The translations under genes and the position numbers were made by a program. The notes beneath the pieces are model-generated. The model saw only the letters and a list, made by a program, of their open reading frames with translations, did no database searches and was not told where the DNA came from. 64,000 bases of DNA, from positions 1-64,000 of the forward strand of contig JAUCBJ010005359.1 of NCBI GenBank assembly GCA_032718475.1, in the 5' to 3' direction. Every line of letters starts with the position of its first letter. The first letter of the stretch is position 1. Below, piece after piece: positions 61,401 to 64,000 of this stretch. Origin of the DNA: Nemertoderma westbladi. Its lineage: Eukaryota; Animalia; Xenacoelomorpha.

Positions 61401-63545
61401 CCTTGGGGACTGGTGATACGAAACTCACCCGTGTCCTTGGGGACTGGTGATACGAAACTCACCTGTGTCCTTGGGGACTGGTGATACGAAACTCACCGGT
61501 GTCCTTTGGGACTGGTGATACGAAACTCACCGGTGTCCCTCGGACTCACCTGTGTCCCTCGGCACTGGAGAACTCACCTGTTTCCTTGGGGACTGGTGAT
61601 ACGAAACTCACATATGTCCTTGGGGACTGGTGATACTAAACTCACCGTGTCCTTGGGGACTGGTGATACGAAACTCACTTGTGTCCTTGGGGACTGGTGA
61701 TACGAAACTCACATATGTCCTTGGGGACTGGTGATACTAAACTCACCGTGTCCTTGGGGACTGGTGATACGAAACTCACCTGTGTCCTTGGGGACTGGTG
61801 ATACGAAACTCACCTATGTCCTTGGGGACTGGTGATACGAAACTCACCTGTGTCCCTCAGACTCACCTGTATTCCTCGGACTGGTGATACGAAACTCACC
61901 TGTGTATTTGGGGATTGATGATACGAAACTCACCTGTGTCCTTGGGGACTGGTGATACGAAACTCACCTGTGTCCTTGGGGACTGGTGATACGAAACTCA
62001 CCCGTGTACTTGGAGACTGGTGATACGAAACTCACCTGTGTCCTTGGGGACTGGTGATATGAAACTCACCTGCGTCCTTGGGGACTGGTGATACGAAACT
62101 CACCTGTGTCCTTGGGGACTGGTGATACGAAACTCACCCGTGTCCTTGGGGACTGGTGATACGAAACTCACCTGTGTCCTTGGGGACTGGTGATACGAAA
62201 CTCACCTGTGTCCTTGGGGACTGGTGATACGAAACTCACCTGTGTCCCTCGGACTCACCTGTGTCCTTGGGGACTGGTGATACGAAACTCACCTGTGTCC
62301 CTCGGACTCACCTGTGTCCTTGGGGACTGGTGATACGAAACTCACCTGTGTCCTTGGGGACTGGTGATACGAAACCCACCCGTTTCCTTGGGGACTGGTG
62401 ATACGAAACTCACCTGTGTCCCTCGAACTCACCTGTTACCTTGGGGACTGGTGATACGAAACTCACCTGTGTCCTTGGGGACTGGTGATACGAAACCCAC
62501 CCGTGTCCTTGGGGACTGGTGATACGAAACTCACCTGTTTCCTTGGGGACTGGTGATACGAAACTCACCTGTGTCCCTCGAACTCACCTGTGACCTTGGG
62601 GACTGGTGATACGAAACTCACCTGTGTCCTTGGGGACTGGTGATACGAAACCCACCCATGTCCTTGGGGACTGGTGATACGAAACTCACCTGTGTCCTTG
62701 GGGACTGGTGATACGAAACTCACCTGTGTCCCTCGGACTCACCTGTGTTCCTCGGACTCACCTGTGTCCCTCGGACTCACCTGTGTCCCTCGAACTCACC
62801 TGTGTCACTCGGACTGGTGATAAGAAACTCACCTGTGTCCTTCGGATTCGGCACGAGCGAGACTTTGTGTGACGAATATTTCAAAGTCCACCGGATCTAC
62901 GACATCTAGCTTTGCGAGGGCTGGTAGCGCAGAACCAACGCTGGATGGCGTCTTAGAAGGACTAGTGTGCTGGGTGTGTCGAGCCTGACTCGCAATCTAG
63001 GATTCAGAACATATTACCAGCACATAGAAATAGAAGGACAGATAAAATGTTATTTTGTACATGTTTGTATATTATCATAAAGGTCCATTTCCGAAATAAA
63101 ACATACGGTTAAGGTACCGCATTTAGATAACCTTATACAAACTAGCAGACACAACACTTAACGACGTAACAATTTATACCGGTAGCGGTAATACTAAACG
63201 AAAATACAAAGGAAACTTGAAGCAGATTAAATTTTGTAACATCGGTATGGAATTATGCAACTATCTAAATTTTAATTTACAGTAATAGTAATATCAGGTG
63301 ACAGGTGCCAACTTCGGTTCGGTAGAATGGCGAATAGGCCTTATATCACACAAAGCAATAGGACTAACACACTAACGACACACCAAACACAAACAGTTGT
63401 TTTTGTTACTAATCATGCTTATAGTTAGTGTTTTATCTGTATATATTATTTTGCTAACCTGTTTACGTATTTCCGCTGCAGGTTGGTTGCGGTTTAACTT
63501 ATGTGCGAAGGCTCGTCTTCCACCACCAGTACCAGCACCGGACAT
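4385..63545 (-). CDS. DOCK7: Dedicator of cytokinesis DOCK6/7/8 (DOCK-C) GEF, 5' portion; 13 exons in window (~743 codons), continues past left edge
   Basis: Manually spliced GT-AG exons with consistent phases. Peptides match the DOCK7 N-terminus, DUF3398 and C2/DHR-1 regions: [99 protein letters not shown]. Confidence 0.93.
4881..9497. repeat. 38-40-bp minisatellite (GAGCAACCAAAACTGAAAGTAAAAACATGTGTTCATTGGT), ~115 copies
   Basis: Directly visible; it explains the many spurious [10 protein letters not shown] ORFs. Confidence 0.97.
9748..11991 (-). CDS. MMUT: Methylmalonyl-CoA mutase, mitochondrial, single coding exon, nested in DOCK intron 12
   Basis: 747 aa with an Arg/Ser-rich transit-like N-terminus. 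Motifs: [41 protein letters not shown]-like [16 protein letters not shown]12-binding GQDGHDRG and GVSSLAAGH. Confidence 0.97.
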   Translation of the reverse strand: MLRASLFQPRTSCKSFSSSRFVHKEVPLPERWVELARKQLKGADPTTKLTSYTSEGLPIKPVYTEADVAGSTPTDTDLPPTSELPGVFPYTRGPNPTMYANRPWTIRQYAGFSTVAESNRFYRDCLAAGQQGLSIAFDLPTHRGYDSDNPRVVGDVGMAGVAVDTVQDMTDLFSGIPLDKVSVSMTMNGAVLPVLAMYIVAAEEQGVPQSALSGTIQNDILKEFMVRNTYIYPPKPSMRIIGDIFSYCAGNLPRYNSISVSGYHLQEAGADAVLELAFTLADGLEYVRAGIAAGMHVDEFAPRLSFFFGIGMDFYMEVAKLRAARRLWAQLVRKHFAPRDEKSLILRTHCQTSGWSLTAQDPVNNVVRTTLEALAAVFGGTQSLHTCSYDEALALPTPTSSRIARNTQLIIQEESGVCRSVDPWGGSYMMEALTGQVADAAMAIIEEVEGMGGMVEAVASGWPKLRIEEAAARRQAKIDSGRETVIGVNKYRCEGEGEVEVLKVDNSRVRREQVDRLEGVKASRDGGRVDEALRGVERAAAGRENLLGAAVGAARARATVGEISDAMESVFGRHSASDRMVSGAYIGEFGSGEEAARVIDRVEEFLASEGRRPRILVAHVGQDGHDRGAKVVASGFADLGFDVDLGPLFTTPEEVARHAVDSDVHVVGVSSLAAGHRTLVPELVGLLARMGRPDILVVVGGVVPPDDYPELRAAGVSAIFGPGTRIPDAATDVVELVARRVAERGNN
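12977..13117 (-). CDS. DOCK7: DOCK exon 12 ([26 protein letters not shown]...[13 protein letters not shown])
   Basis: Lies within ORF 12965..13432; acceptor TCCCAG|; donor AAA|GTAAGT. Confidence 0.93.
13118..13530. repeat. ~51-bp tandem repeat abutting the exon 12 acceptor
   Basis: Repeats of GGAAATTGGACCTCGTCACATAGAAGGGAGACTGGGGGCAATGGAAGGG, about 6 copies. Confidence 0.9.
13589..13733 (-). CDS. DOCK7: DOCK exon 11 ([11 protein letters not shown]...[14 protein letters not shown]...RNIAIK), start of C2/DHR-1
   Basis: Hand translation; acceptor TTTCCAG|; donor AAG|GTTTG. Confidence 0.92.
13915..14098 (-). CDS. DOCK7: DOCK exon 10 ([26 protein letters not shown]...PYPDP)
   Basis: Hand translation matches DOCK7 [25 protein letters not shown]; GT-AG boundaries. 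Confidence 0.92.
14608..14698. repeat. ~90-bp near-perfect hairpin (inverted repeat)
   Basis: ATGACGGCGTTAAGTAATGTCC / GGACATTACTTAACGCCGTCAT perfect core, extending outward with few mismatches. Confidence 0.85.
14865..15061 (-). CDS. DOCK7: DOCK exon 9 (DISTYATL...SERRNS...[15 protein letters not shown])
   Basis: Lies within ORF 14749..15084; acceptor CCCTAG|; donor AAG|GTTTG. Confidence 0.88.
15555..15750 (-). CDS. DOCK7: DOCK exon 8, Ser-rich low-conservation linker
   Basis: Acceptor TTTCTGCAG|; donor CAG|GTAT; phase 1 to 2 is needed to join exons 7 and 9 in frame. Confidence 0.8.
15941..16053. repeat. 52-bp tandem duplication spanning the exon 7 3' end and donor
   Basis: CCTATTTAC recurs at 15941, 15993 and 16045. 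Confidence 0.88.
16023..16191 (-). CDS. DOCK7: DOCK exon 7 (IAEPY...[23 protein letters not shown])
   Basis: Hand translation; acceptor TTCAG|; donor TAG|GTGAGT. Confidence 0.92.
16545..16768 (-). CDS. DOCK7: DOCK exon 6 ([24 protein letters not shown]...[12 protein letters not shown])
   Basis: Lies within ORF 16506..16916; acceptor TTTTCCAG|; donor GAG|GTAAT. Confidence 0.93.
17100..17941 (-). mobile_element. 5'-truncated non-LTR retrotransposon, ORF2 C-terminal region
   Basis: [17 protein letters not shown]...CPVC...EDEYHF...C is the C-terminal zinc-binding motif of LINE ORF2; N-terminal VYGESG..PL; clade not determined. Confidence 0.85.
19775..20191 (-). CDS. LAMTOR2: Ragulator complex protein LAMTOR2 (roadblock domain), single exon, nested in DOCK intron 5
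   Basis: [29 protein letters not shown]...[16 protein letters not shown]...[21 protein letters not shown] is nearly identical to known LAMTOR2; the start may be 20185. Confidence 0.96.
   Translation of the reverse strand: MRMLKPKALTQVLSEANTGGVQSTLLLNSEGALLAFSGYGDKDARVTSALASNIWAAYLRSGRHAFSDQDDPKAETSLQIVLIDCEDGKVAITKVANLLLCMYAKSNVGFGMLKAKATALADFLRDPLEQVAGPQTDR
21253..22343 (+). CDS. Tandem-GNAT (SAT1/SAT2 diamine acetyltransferase-like) protein, frame break near 21940-22030
   Basis: Domain 1: [36 protein letters not shown]. Domain 2 begins [23 protein letters not shown] and resumes in another frame as IGHALYY...[18 protein letters not shown]...[14 protein letters not shown]. Confidence 0.8.
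22990..24348 (+). CDS. Hexokinase (single ~50-kDa domain), divergent, single coding exon
   Basis: [63 protein letters not shown]. Probable 5'UTR intron at about 22887-22961. Confidence 0.93.
   Translation: MDKLPEFHLPDKPLLQQLVHEELLPFILNKSAVLAVMDVFKKEMADNLARTQTGHKNTSGLKMGNTYLTEFLDGTENGGFMGLDLGGTNFRVTYIELADRRVVRELLHKDTVPEAAMCGTVDELMDYIAGSINRFIDKESLFKESRIPLGFTFSLPTVQQALDSATLIVWTKNFRITNGLGEEMVAKFRSSITRRQLQHKVDVVAILNDTTGTLVAGNYKNQRCKVGVIIATGSNACYMENATGSNANNTGSSVIETDWGAVADNGCIDWLLTGIDRDLDRDSNHPDSFRFEKLFSGFYQGEIVRKILVDLSRKGVPLLPEVVSRYDHPYSLTTKTVAAVCEGTRHSEVIDLRQCDEVTDLVLRRICEVVTHRGAILVAAATAALLARIGHPTVIAVDGSLYDHHAIFRRCLHGYLGALSPIEAEFISVPDGSVLGAALVAAIAQRQTRNAL
24834..25090 (+). mobile_element. Degenerate RTE-like LINE reverse transcriptase fragment
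   Basis: [14 protein letters not shown]...[12 protein letters not shown]...Q.LL...E, then past a stop [11 protein letters not shown]. Confidence 0.8.
28068..31069. mobile_element. Foldback/non-autonomous DNA element with long TIRs, right arm split by a 1.6-kb insertion
   Basis: About 28190-28560 is the reverse complement of about 28945-29302, and 28070-28190 is the reverse complement of 30945-31065. Confidence 0.8.
29600..30935 (-). mobile_element. CR1/L2-group LINE 3' fragment (RT with YADD), frameshifted
   Basis: [14 protein letters not shown] at about 30820-30860, [36 protein letters not shown]; two broken ORFs. Confidence 0.88.
31547..31978. mobile_element. MITE-like inverted-repeat element, nested in a larger TIR-bounded element (~31234-32528)
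   Basis: TACACCATGTCCCGTAATATAGTGTCATTTTCGGATGA and its exact reverse complement; an inner IR; outer CGAGTCAATCTAGC/GCTAGATTGACTCG. Confidence 0.72.
32881..33497. mobile_element. AT-rich foldback/MITE element
   Basis: TCATTGTTACCATGGCAACA...TGTTGCCATAGTAACAATGA termini with internal inverted subrepeats. Confidence 0.75.
34147..34377 (+). CDS. Small basic single HMG-box protein (76 aa)
   Basis: [12 protein letters not shown]...[29 protein letters not shown] fits the HMG-box consensus PKRP.SAY..F...E.K..GEKW..LS..EK..Y...A; ATG at 34147. Confidence 0.85.
   Translation: MTKAVKKGGSRKKRPVTAYILFAKNLWDDLKRTGQQLSVPEFGKFAGKKWRSLSASQKKPFVDKAGSYRKRNQKRR
36689..37613. mobile_element. MITE with GC-rich subterminal inverted repeats, containing a ~68-bp tandem repeat (37108-37432)
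   Basis: CCGGTGT...ACACCGG termini; GCCCCCCGGG(G)CA..TTTTCCTAGG motifs mirrored at both ends. The internal unit also occurs near 25755, 35300 and 42490-42650. Confidence 0.72.
38811..39866 (+). CDS. TMEM185: Transmembrane protein 185 (TMEM185A/B, Fam11), single exon
   Basis: [21 protein letters not shown]...[53 protein letters not shown]-terminal IDSPD. Confidence 0.94.
   Translation: MAIDFNLRNLFHDFNHSKFTVYSCLLLFTIILGFRLDSDIQLSFWMVFLPLWLWKLLALIGGIVGTVIWVRNPSLRDSATDFNAMIYSVIVHCFLFAFEILICQKLQSPDSMLWVTAFIPIVTISLLCIIICVWGFRHDRSIDLELILAVNSVELVFIGLKLDGIIRWVWSVIFIPLWVVMCVLSIVVIYYIIWSALFIRTADLVSQQRRSYMVLAVTALALLVPMLAFEILLVRRLEGINNLSYLIIFFPLYLALTTLIITSFGQRGGNPWWFGIRQDFCAFLLDLCPCLREYGNVSYKTGVGRGSSAEDGVGVALQRSAAAPQQSTARQSRGSGSTRTISPPLAIDSPD
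42098..42310 (-). CDS. DOCK7: DOCK exon 5 ([12 protein letters not shown]...[11 protein letters not shown])
   Basis: Lies within ORF 42063..42323; acceptor TTACAG|; donor G|GTGAGT; joins exon 6 as EPIF-G-IMALYD. Confidence 0.92.
42708..43159 (+). mobile_element. 5'-truncated RTE-like LINE with (TAG)n tail and 12-bp TSD
   Basis: [12 protein letters not shown]...[10 protein letters not shown]...LVLWQP; GCGGATATTGAG at 42696-42707 and 43160-43171. Confidence 0.85.
43311..43464 (-). CDS. DOCK7: DOCK exon 4 (VDES...[13 protein letters not shown]...LLDRLP)
   Basis: Hand translation; acceptor CTAG|; donor CAG|GTAAGT. Confidence 0.92.
43564..45152 (-). repeat. 3' LTR (1589 bp)
   Basis: TGTTGCCG...CGCGAACA; near identical to 56321-57603 plus 306 extra bp of internal repeats. 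Confidence 0.95.
45318..47918 (-). CDS. Extra retrotransposon ORF (866 aa): DEDDy 3'-5' exonuclease-like domain, Pro-rich linker, C-terminal Cys/His zinc knuckles
   Basis: Uninterrupted 2.6-kb ORF between pol and the PPT. YDNEG; [25 protein letters not shown]; IDTQTL; [14 protein letters not shown]; CTTCGFRGH. The ORF is certain; the domain call is by eye. Confidence 0.75.
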   Translation of the reverse strand: MDPNRQIIGELRNTIDLLEYSQPGSPDFDTNWSTLLNENVRDVKFTGREGPDSKNLRALRLADASTRLKRTRNAKATGGDDSSFWETFRQSVYRSRCLIYDNEGNATPTSKAITLARCQSFVDDKSTYLAHWGNLSECTATLREERVSIIQNRDDYQEKYGAKEYGRSLVVVLGTLDGLVVVCRIFPTPRQEVQAAAAIWLLPPEIQKILFDFDVIKIGSDIKADVRNDYTNAPAGRNRRNDLNALSHCIDTQTLLAWLRFAEFMRGFQEVRPTKSGIGYLAVLNGGINFKPQKYRDYNKIYGGYPGLEIKSEREGRWKDVDRKWTIHQRWENPDRRNYVYVVMECYTVAKFICKTLDNLITAVPLSFVDYDWNEVINHAFKAVENITPGESKTPAVIDSWDESGPYDIPTITELLGAEEPLISSEGEEIWLNEGVLLSTPKRQLEPEAAYGPAAKRVASAEPMKRAGVYTPRGSGSPAREVATTAALSDFGDICQRLSPYPFPGGEDWSSEIPSTSHQRTRSAILVEEGPSDAPTPDDLLGIPPSKTPAPLRRPAVATTPAVPQDPMRLTRWYAEQTEWIHRQKRSSELRPAGHKEGYRSENILRKSLAFRGLPTTENIPKSDRRLEYYVGVPIPIFPGREMQLEVCGDCGSEQCPRGRRNRVTDSCLQLLGILYCPYCAISGHDVSVCPILYNLCTTCGFRGHSASPRCYIKCPTKDVTAMGNMVMFETYANSHLRTKVRRNARNIAQEMARGYFSFPERLHTTATLPFHYVDLLLSAGLFGPFEVIRRLYSYKEEFGDGEWFLEARNSELERRTDMIPMPSKGRAARRQAEALLTMDVDAPLPAIAIDESRRAKRRKAYQKKK
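48465..48895. repeat. Three ~170-bp diverged tandem units between pol and the extra ORF
   Basis: GGATCTACAGCTGGACTC(A/G)TTACACCGCCTACGCCCC at about 48492, 48668 and 48835. Confidence 0.85.
49168..55881 (-). CDS. BEL/Pao Gag-Pol polyprotein (2237 aa)
   Basis: Gag region (FEGDPVDY..F), three Cys/His knuckles, protease FLDNGS, RT DIKAMF/YVDD, RNase H FSDAS/TIPRLEL/WVDS/NPAD, integrase HHCC plus GVDCFGP/SDNGTNF/GVWE, in PR-RT-RH-IN order. Confidence 0.97.
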   Translation of the reverse strand: MTTNNVSDTDEMDHHTDSETDEVPNVKNMTRRLGALKGGVTRAYQRMEKQLKGVKTPLNEVQTQLQSIRNILQRYERMIQAYQDLVPSTDQENYPKLEEHVVHLDGFRKQHRRTLSLVRGYEEQYYKRAERTDAESVRSSSIRTAVHQKRTGSARNQHSSARSERSGSAHSSQGGQPLRDQLRERKALALKARMEDEYIQLQAEQDVLAAETQKREAEQEVERRVEQRRQEIEQREQEAQREIEQREQEAQREIEQREREAQREIEQREREAKREIEQHEREAKQEIEQRKWEAEMRKQHAEAQAILTHKKNADIAKLAEYEAALIERDIQLYEDWERDIDQEYEPIPIPELEKSFTPTATKTPKLEIPPTKQSTLSAQALVFHPPPATLKNEEPYFPSNTTTASVPKYEPEKDSERDATPRSNNPFTSTPQTHSRVIIKTPPIIDPSSMGVSANNYNPPSHSSSDDVSIIRALENRLAMPKMEIRTFEGDPVDYLRFKKRFFAQIGSTDIADAQKLVYLSQYLGDKPRRIVACFEGGSHEAYYDAWKTLDKRYGNTGTIINKTLERLIQDAGSLGDPQNIQEFSDSMKDAYYTLKPLNKEDQVNNILNLRQIARKLSGWLQSKWAYKCVDLRRRHPDRDPSFLEMSAFLDDISEAMNDSMFSKQSLAKLDGIESNSRSKITPPKPRFRPPPVSTMAITMAEDSDDEDYEEPTSAEEWACYLASWAPEREGITNSLLCLFCGEKHKVEFCRKFQFAELVPRFEAIMKHRGCFRCLGTGHYVRECDQRSCCAVCNDQRHHTLLHIPANFDFTTLPFRIEARRRGETNHVFKGTRTTQRRETNPFKIYTDTPQVTNISATINLINRRYMVFAKVIPVRIQGVGKSLTTLAFLDNGSDGTIIDRDFLEQLGLEYEPCKRPIQTITDNKEVESGEVQLQMEGVMKGYETAKLTIKNALVHTDLRVRFRQSAEYAPLIQLDRDDVDLRCPQLDVNRITLLIGLDTPELHIPTGDIARSINQDDGFYAERTIMGWTLCGIKEETTDTYTYLPKCQIKEKVTSVGYCSASDLDEDLFLETEKTQREMTKYFNLETQEFAEKDENPSEEDQYCMDVLDQATFKDGHWCSPMLWKDPNKPMANNASMALRRLKGILRRLNDQPEIKEKYNTVIQGYLDDGLAEMVPRNELQGGKRTYYLPTHYVVEARKGGKIRVVNDAAAIYQGESLNSQLYTGPNIYSTLIGVLIRFRENRVAFTCDIKAMFHQVRTLPRDSDCLRILWTDKTLTQQEISQLTIKDVDVMRMVVRIFGAKDSPVACSDMLKRTATMCENEFPPTVIETIRRCFYVDDGCAGADNVDEAYQLAMGMVECLKKGGFPLVKFRSHDKTLMEKFPEDIRLENNKMYSEDVEHRVLGIEWDIESDEFIFKYKPLPKPMTKRGCLSIKSAIFDPLNFISPVTLAGMNLIKEMWIEGLGWDEELPPYLSVKWRKWTEQLEHLHLMRKPRPFFLDKLPTDIFQLHTFSDASNTGIGVVTFLRRLSSDGNGDTSFLFSKAKTVSGEFVATIPRLELQAAVWAVRQNRMAMRNLRIPIESQHFWVDSSIVLYYLHSPSRRHTTFVANRATEIKQCTGREQWHHVNGKENPADLSSRGATPKQLGKSKLWLTGPEFLRQPQLTWSTRFDPELDSGKYSEDDKEIRKIHRSNAVEIYSCLTEPAKDSGRHYNVATITQLAASLHQLIERTSSMRRLVYHVITLRNFLRWKNNKPIVQRNIQELIIAEKCIVRYVQKESFPDEWEQLSAGKTLKPDSPVYQLRPMMGEDGLIRLNTRMANAPVEYEVKYPALLPGTSTLAKLLILQCHEDNHHAGQNWIIANIRQRYWITHIQPLIRKVLKRCFTCRRYLAPPITQKMADLPATRLQADSPPFYVTGVDCFGPFTVIERRSNIKCWGAIFTCLRSRAIYLDIVVNLTQHAFINALRRFVANNGTCRHMYSDNGTNFVGGERELREAIEGWFTDNTASQVWKEHQIQWHFQTPLAPHTSGVWEKLIDLVKRSMRVALGDTRVTHDTLRTTFCEITATLNNRPIVPIRDDPTDLEPLTPNHLLGRPKTHLLPETMFPDPNEIAKHTNWKKAQALAAHWWRIWAQEYLITLRTRRKWNNTYRNVAVGDMVLVKEDLKDRVHWPVARVVTIHPSKDGLARTVTIRTKAGHYQRPIQKLCLLEGNDSGDSTRGDKIPTTDPAADIGDNDKCV
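55878..56069 (-). CDS. Putative 63-aa upstream ORF overlapping the gag start (ATGA)
   Basis: Its stop TGA shares bases with the gag ATG; protein-like composition; no recognised family. Confidence 0.45.
   Translation of the reverse strand: MEVSITPIDIIQVEPGIWHVEVEVQGTNVGRFRITVRVVQAEYNTYEELFYDIAYLAIDEALQ
56321..57603 (-). repeat. 5' LTR (1283 bp)
   Basis: Same termini; lies upstream of gag-pol on the minus strand. Confidence 0.95.
57738..57987 (-). CDS. DOCK7: DOCK exon 3 ([12 protein letters not shown]...[12 protein letters not shown]...QTYE)
   Basis: Lies within ORF 57726..58058; acceptor AATAG|; donor GAG|GTCAGT. Confidence 0.92.
58085..62845. repeat. 34-bp minisatellite (CTCACCTGTGTCCTTGGGGACTGGTGATACGAAA), ~140 copies, filling DOCK intron 2
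   Basis: Directly visible; the terminal unit overlaps the exon 2 donor. Confidence 0.97.
62833..62996 (-). CDS. DOCK7: DOCK exon 2 (IASQ...[12 protein letters not shown]...EGH)
   Basis: Acceptor CTAG|; donor CAG|GTGAGT; phase 0 to 2, which fits exon 3. Confidence 0.88.
63459..63545 (-). CDS. DOCK7: DOCK exon 1 ([29 protein letters not shown])
   Basis: ATG at 63545; donor CAG|GTTAG; resembles the DOCK7 start ([20 protein letters not shown]). Confidence 0.9.
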
Positions 63546-64000
63546 TGTTCAAATTTTGAGTGTCGCTGGCACGCTAGCTTACGTTACTTAGTCCTACAAA
63601 TACGGGTGATGTTGTGTATAAAATAGTTTGAAGAAGTATCTTCAATAATGATAATTACGGTAACAGGCAGACAGACGTGGGGAAACTGCAGGAGACTGGC
63701 ACCCTGGTGGCAGGTGGGGCTATAGACAATAGACTATTATTATAGCCTAGCAGCCTAGTGAGCTAGACAAAATTTGCCGAATAGGCAGATAGGCCTGATG
63801 CCCGAGGAAGGGCTAGCGCAAGGCAGAATGCAGGAGGCCTAGATTCTGAGAAATCTTTTTAAAAAATGTTAGATTGACTTACACAATCAGACCACACCGT
63901 GTGTCAGTTTGCGTATGCTGTGCCCGTACTGTAATAGCGCAAATAAGAAAACATTGCACAGTTCAGCAATTGCAGGACTGAACGAAGAATCTGATATCAG

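Noticed and set aside
58085-62845. 34-bp array as CRISPR or coding sequence
   Set aside because: No spacers; it lies in an intron and the ORFs are artefacts.

Overview
AT-rich, repeat-rich genomic DNA from an invertebrate animal (spliceosomal GT-AG introns; the taxon cannot be fixed from sequence alone). The backbone is the 5' part of a minus-strand DOCK6/7/8 (DOCK-C/Zizimin-related) gene. I traced 13 phase-consistent exons by hand from the ATG at 63545 to 4385, and the gene continues beyond the left edge. Its introns hold six nested genes with essentially intronless coding regions: MMUT, LAMTOR2, a tandem-GNAT gene, a divergent hexokinase, a small basic HMG-box protein and TMEM185. They also hold LINE fragments, foldback/MITE elements, several minisatellites and an intact 14-kb BEL/Pao LTR retrotransposon with a 5-bp TSD. 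Three observations stand out. (1) The BEL element carries an intact 866-aa extra ORF in the env position, with a DEDDy-type 3'-5' exonuclease-like domain and zinc knuckles. (2) The element has no tRNA PBS next to the 5' LTR, but a 13-nt sequence there is complementary to its own LTR, as in Tf1-like self-priming. (3) Four separate intronic tandem arrays are amplified copies of the host gene's own exon-intron junctions. All homology calls come from remembered motifs, not database searches.
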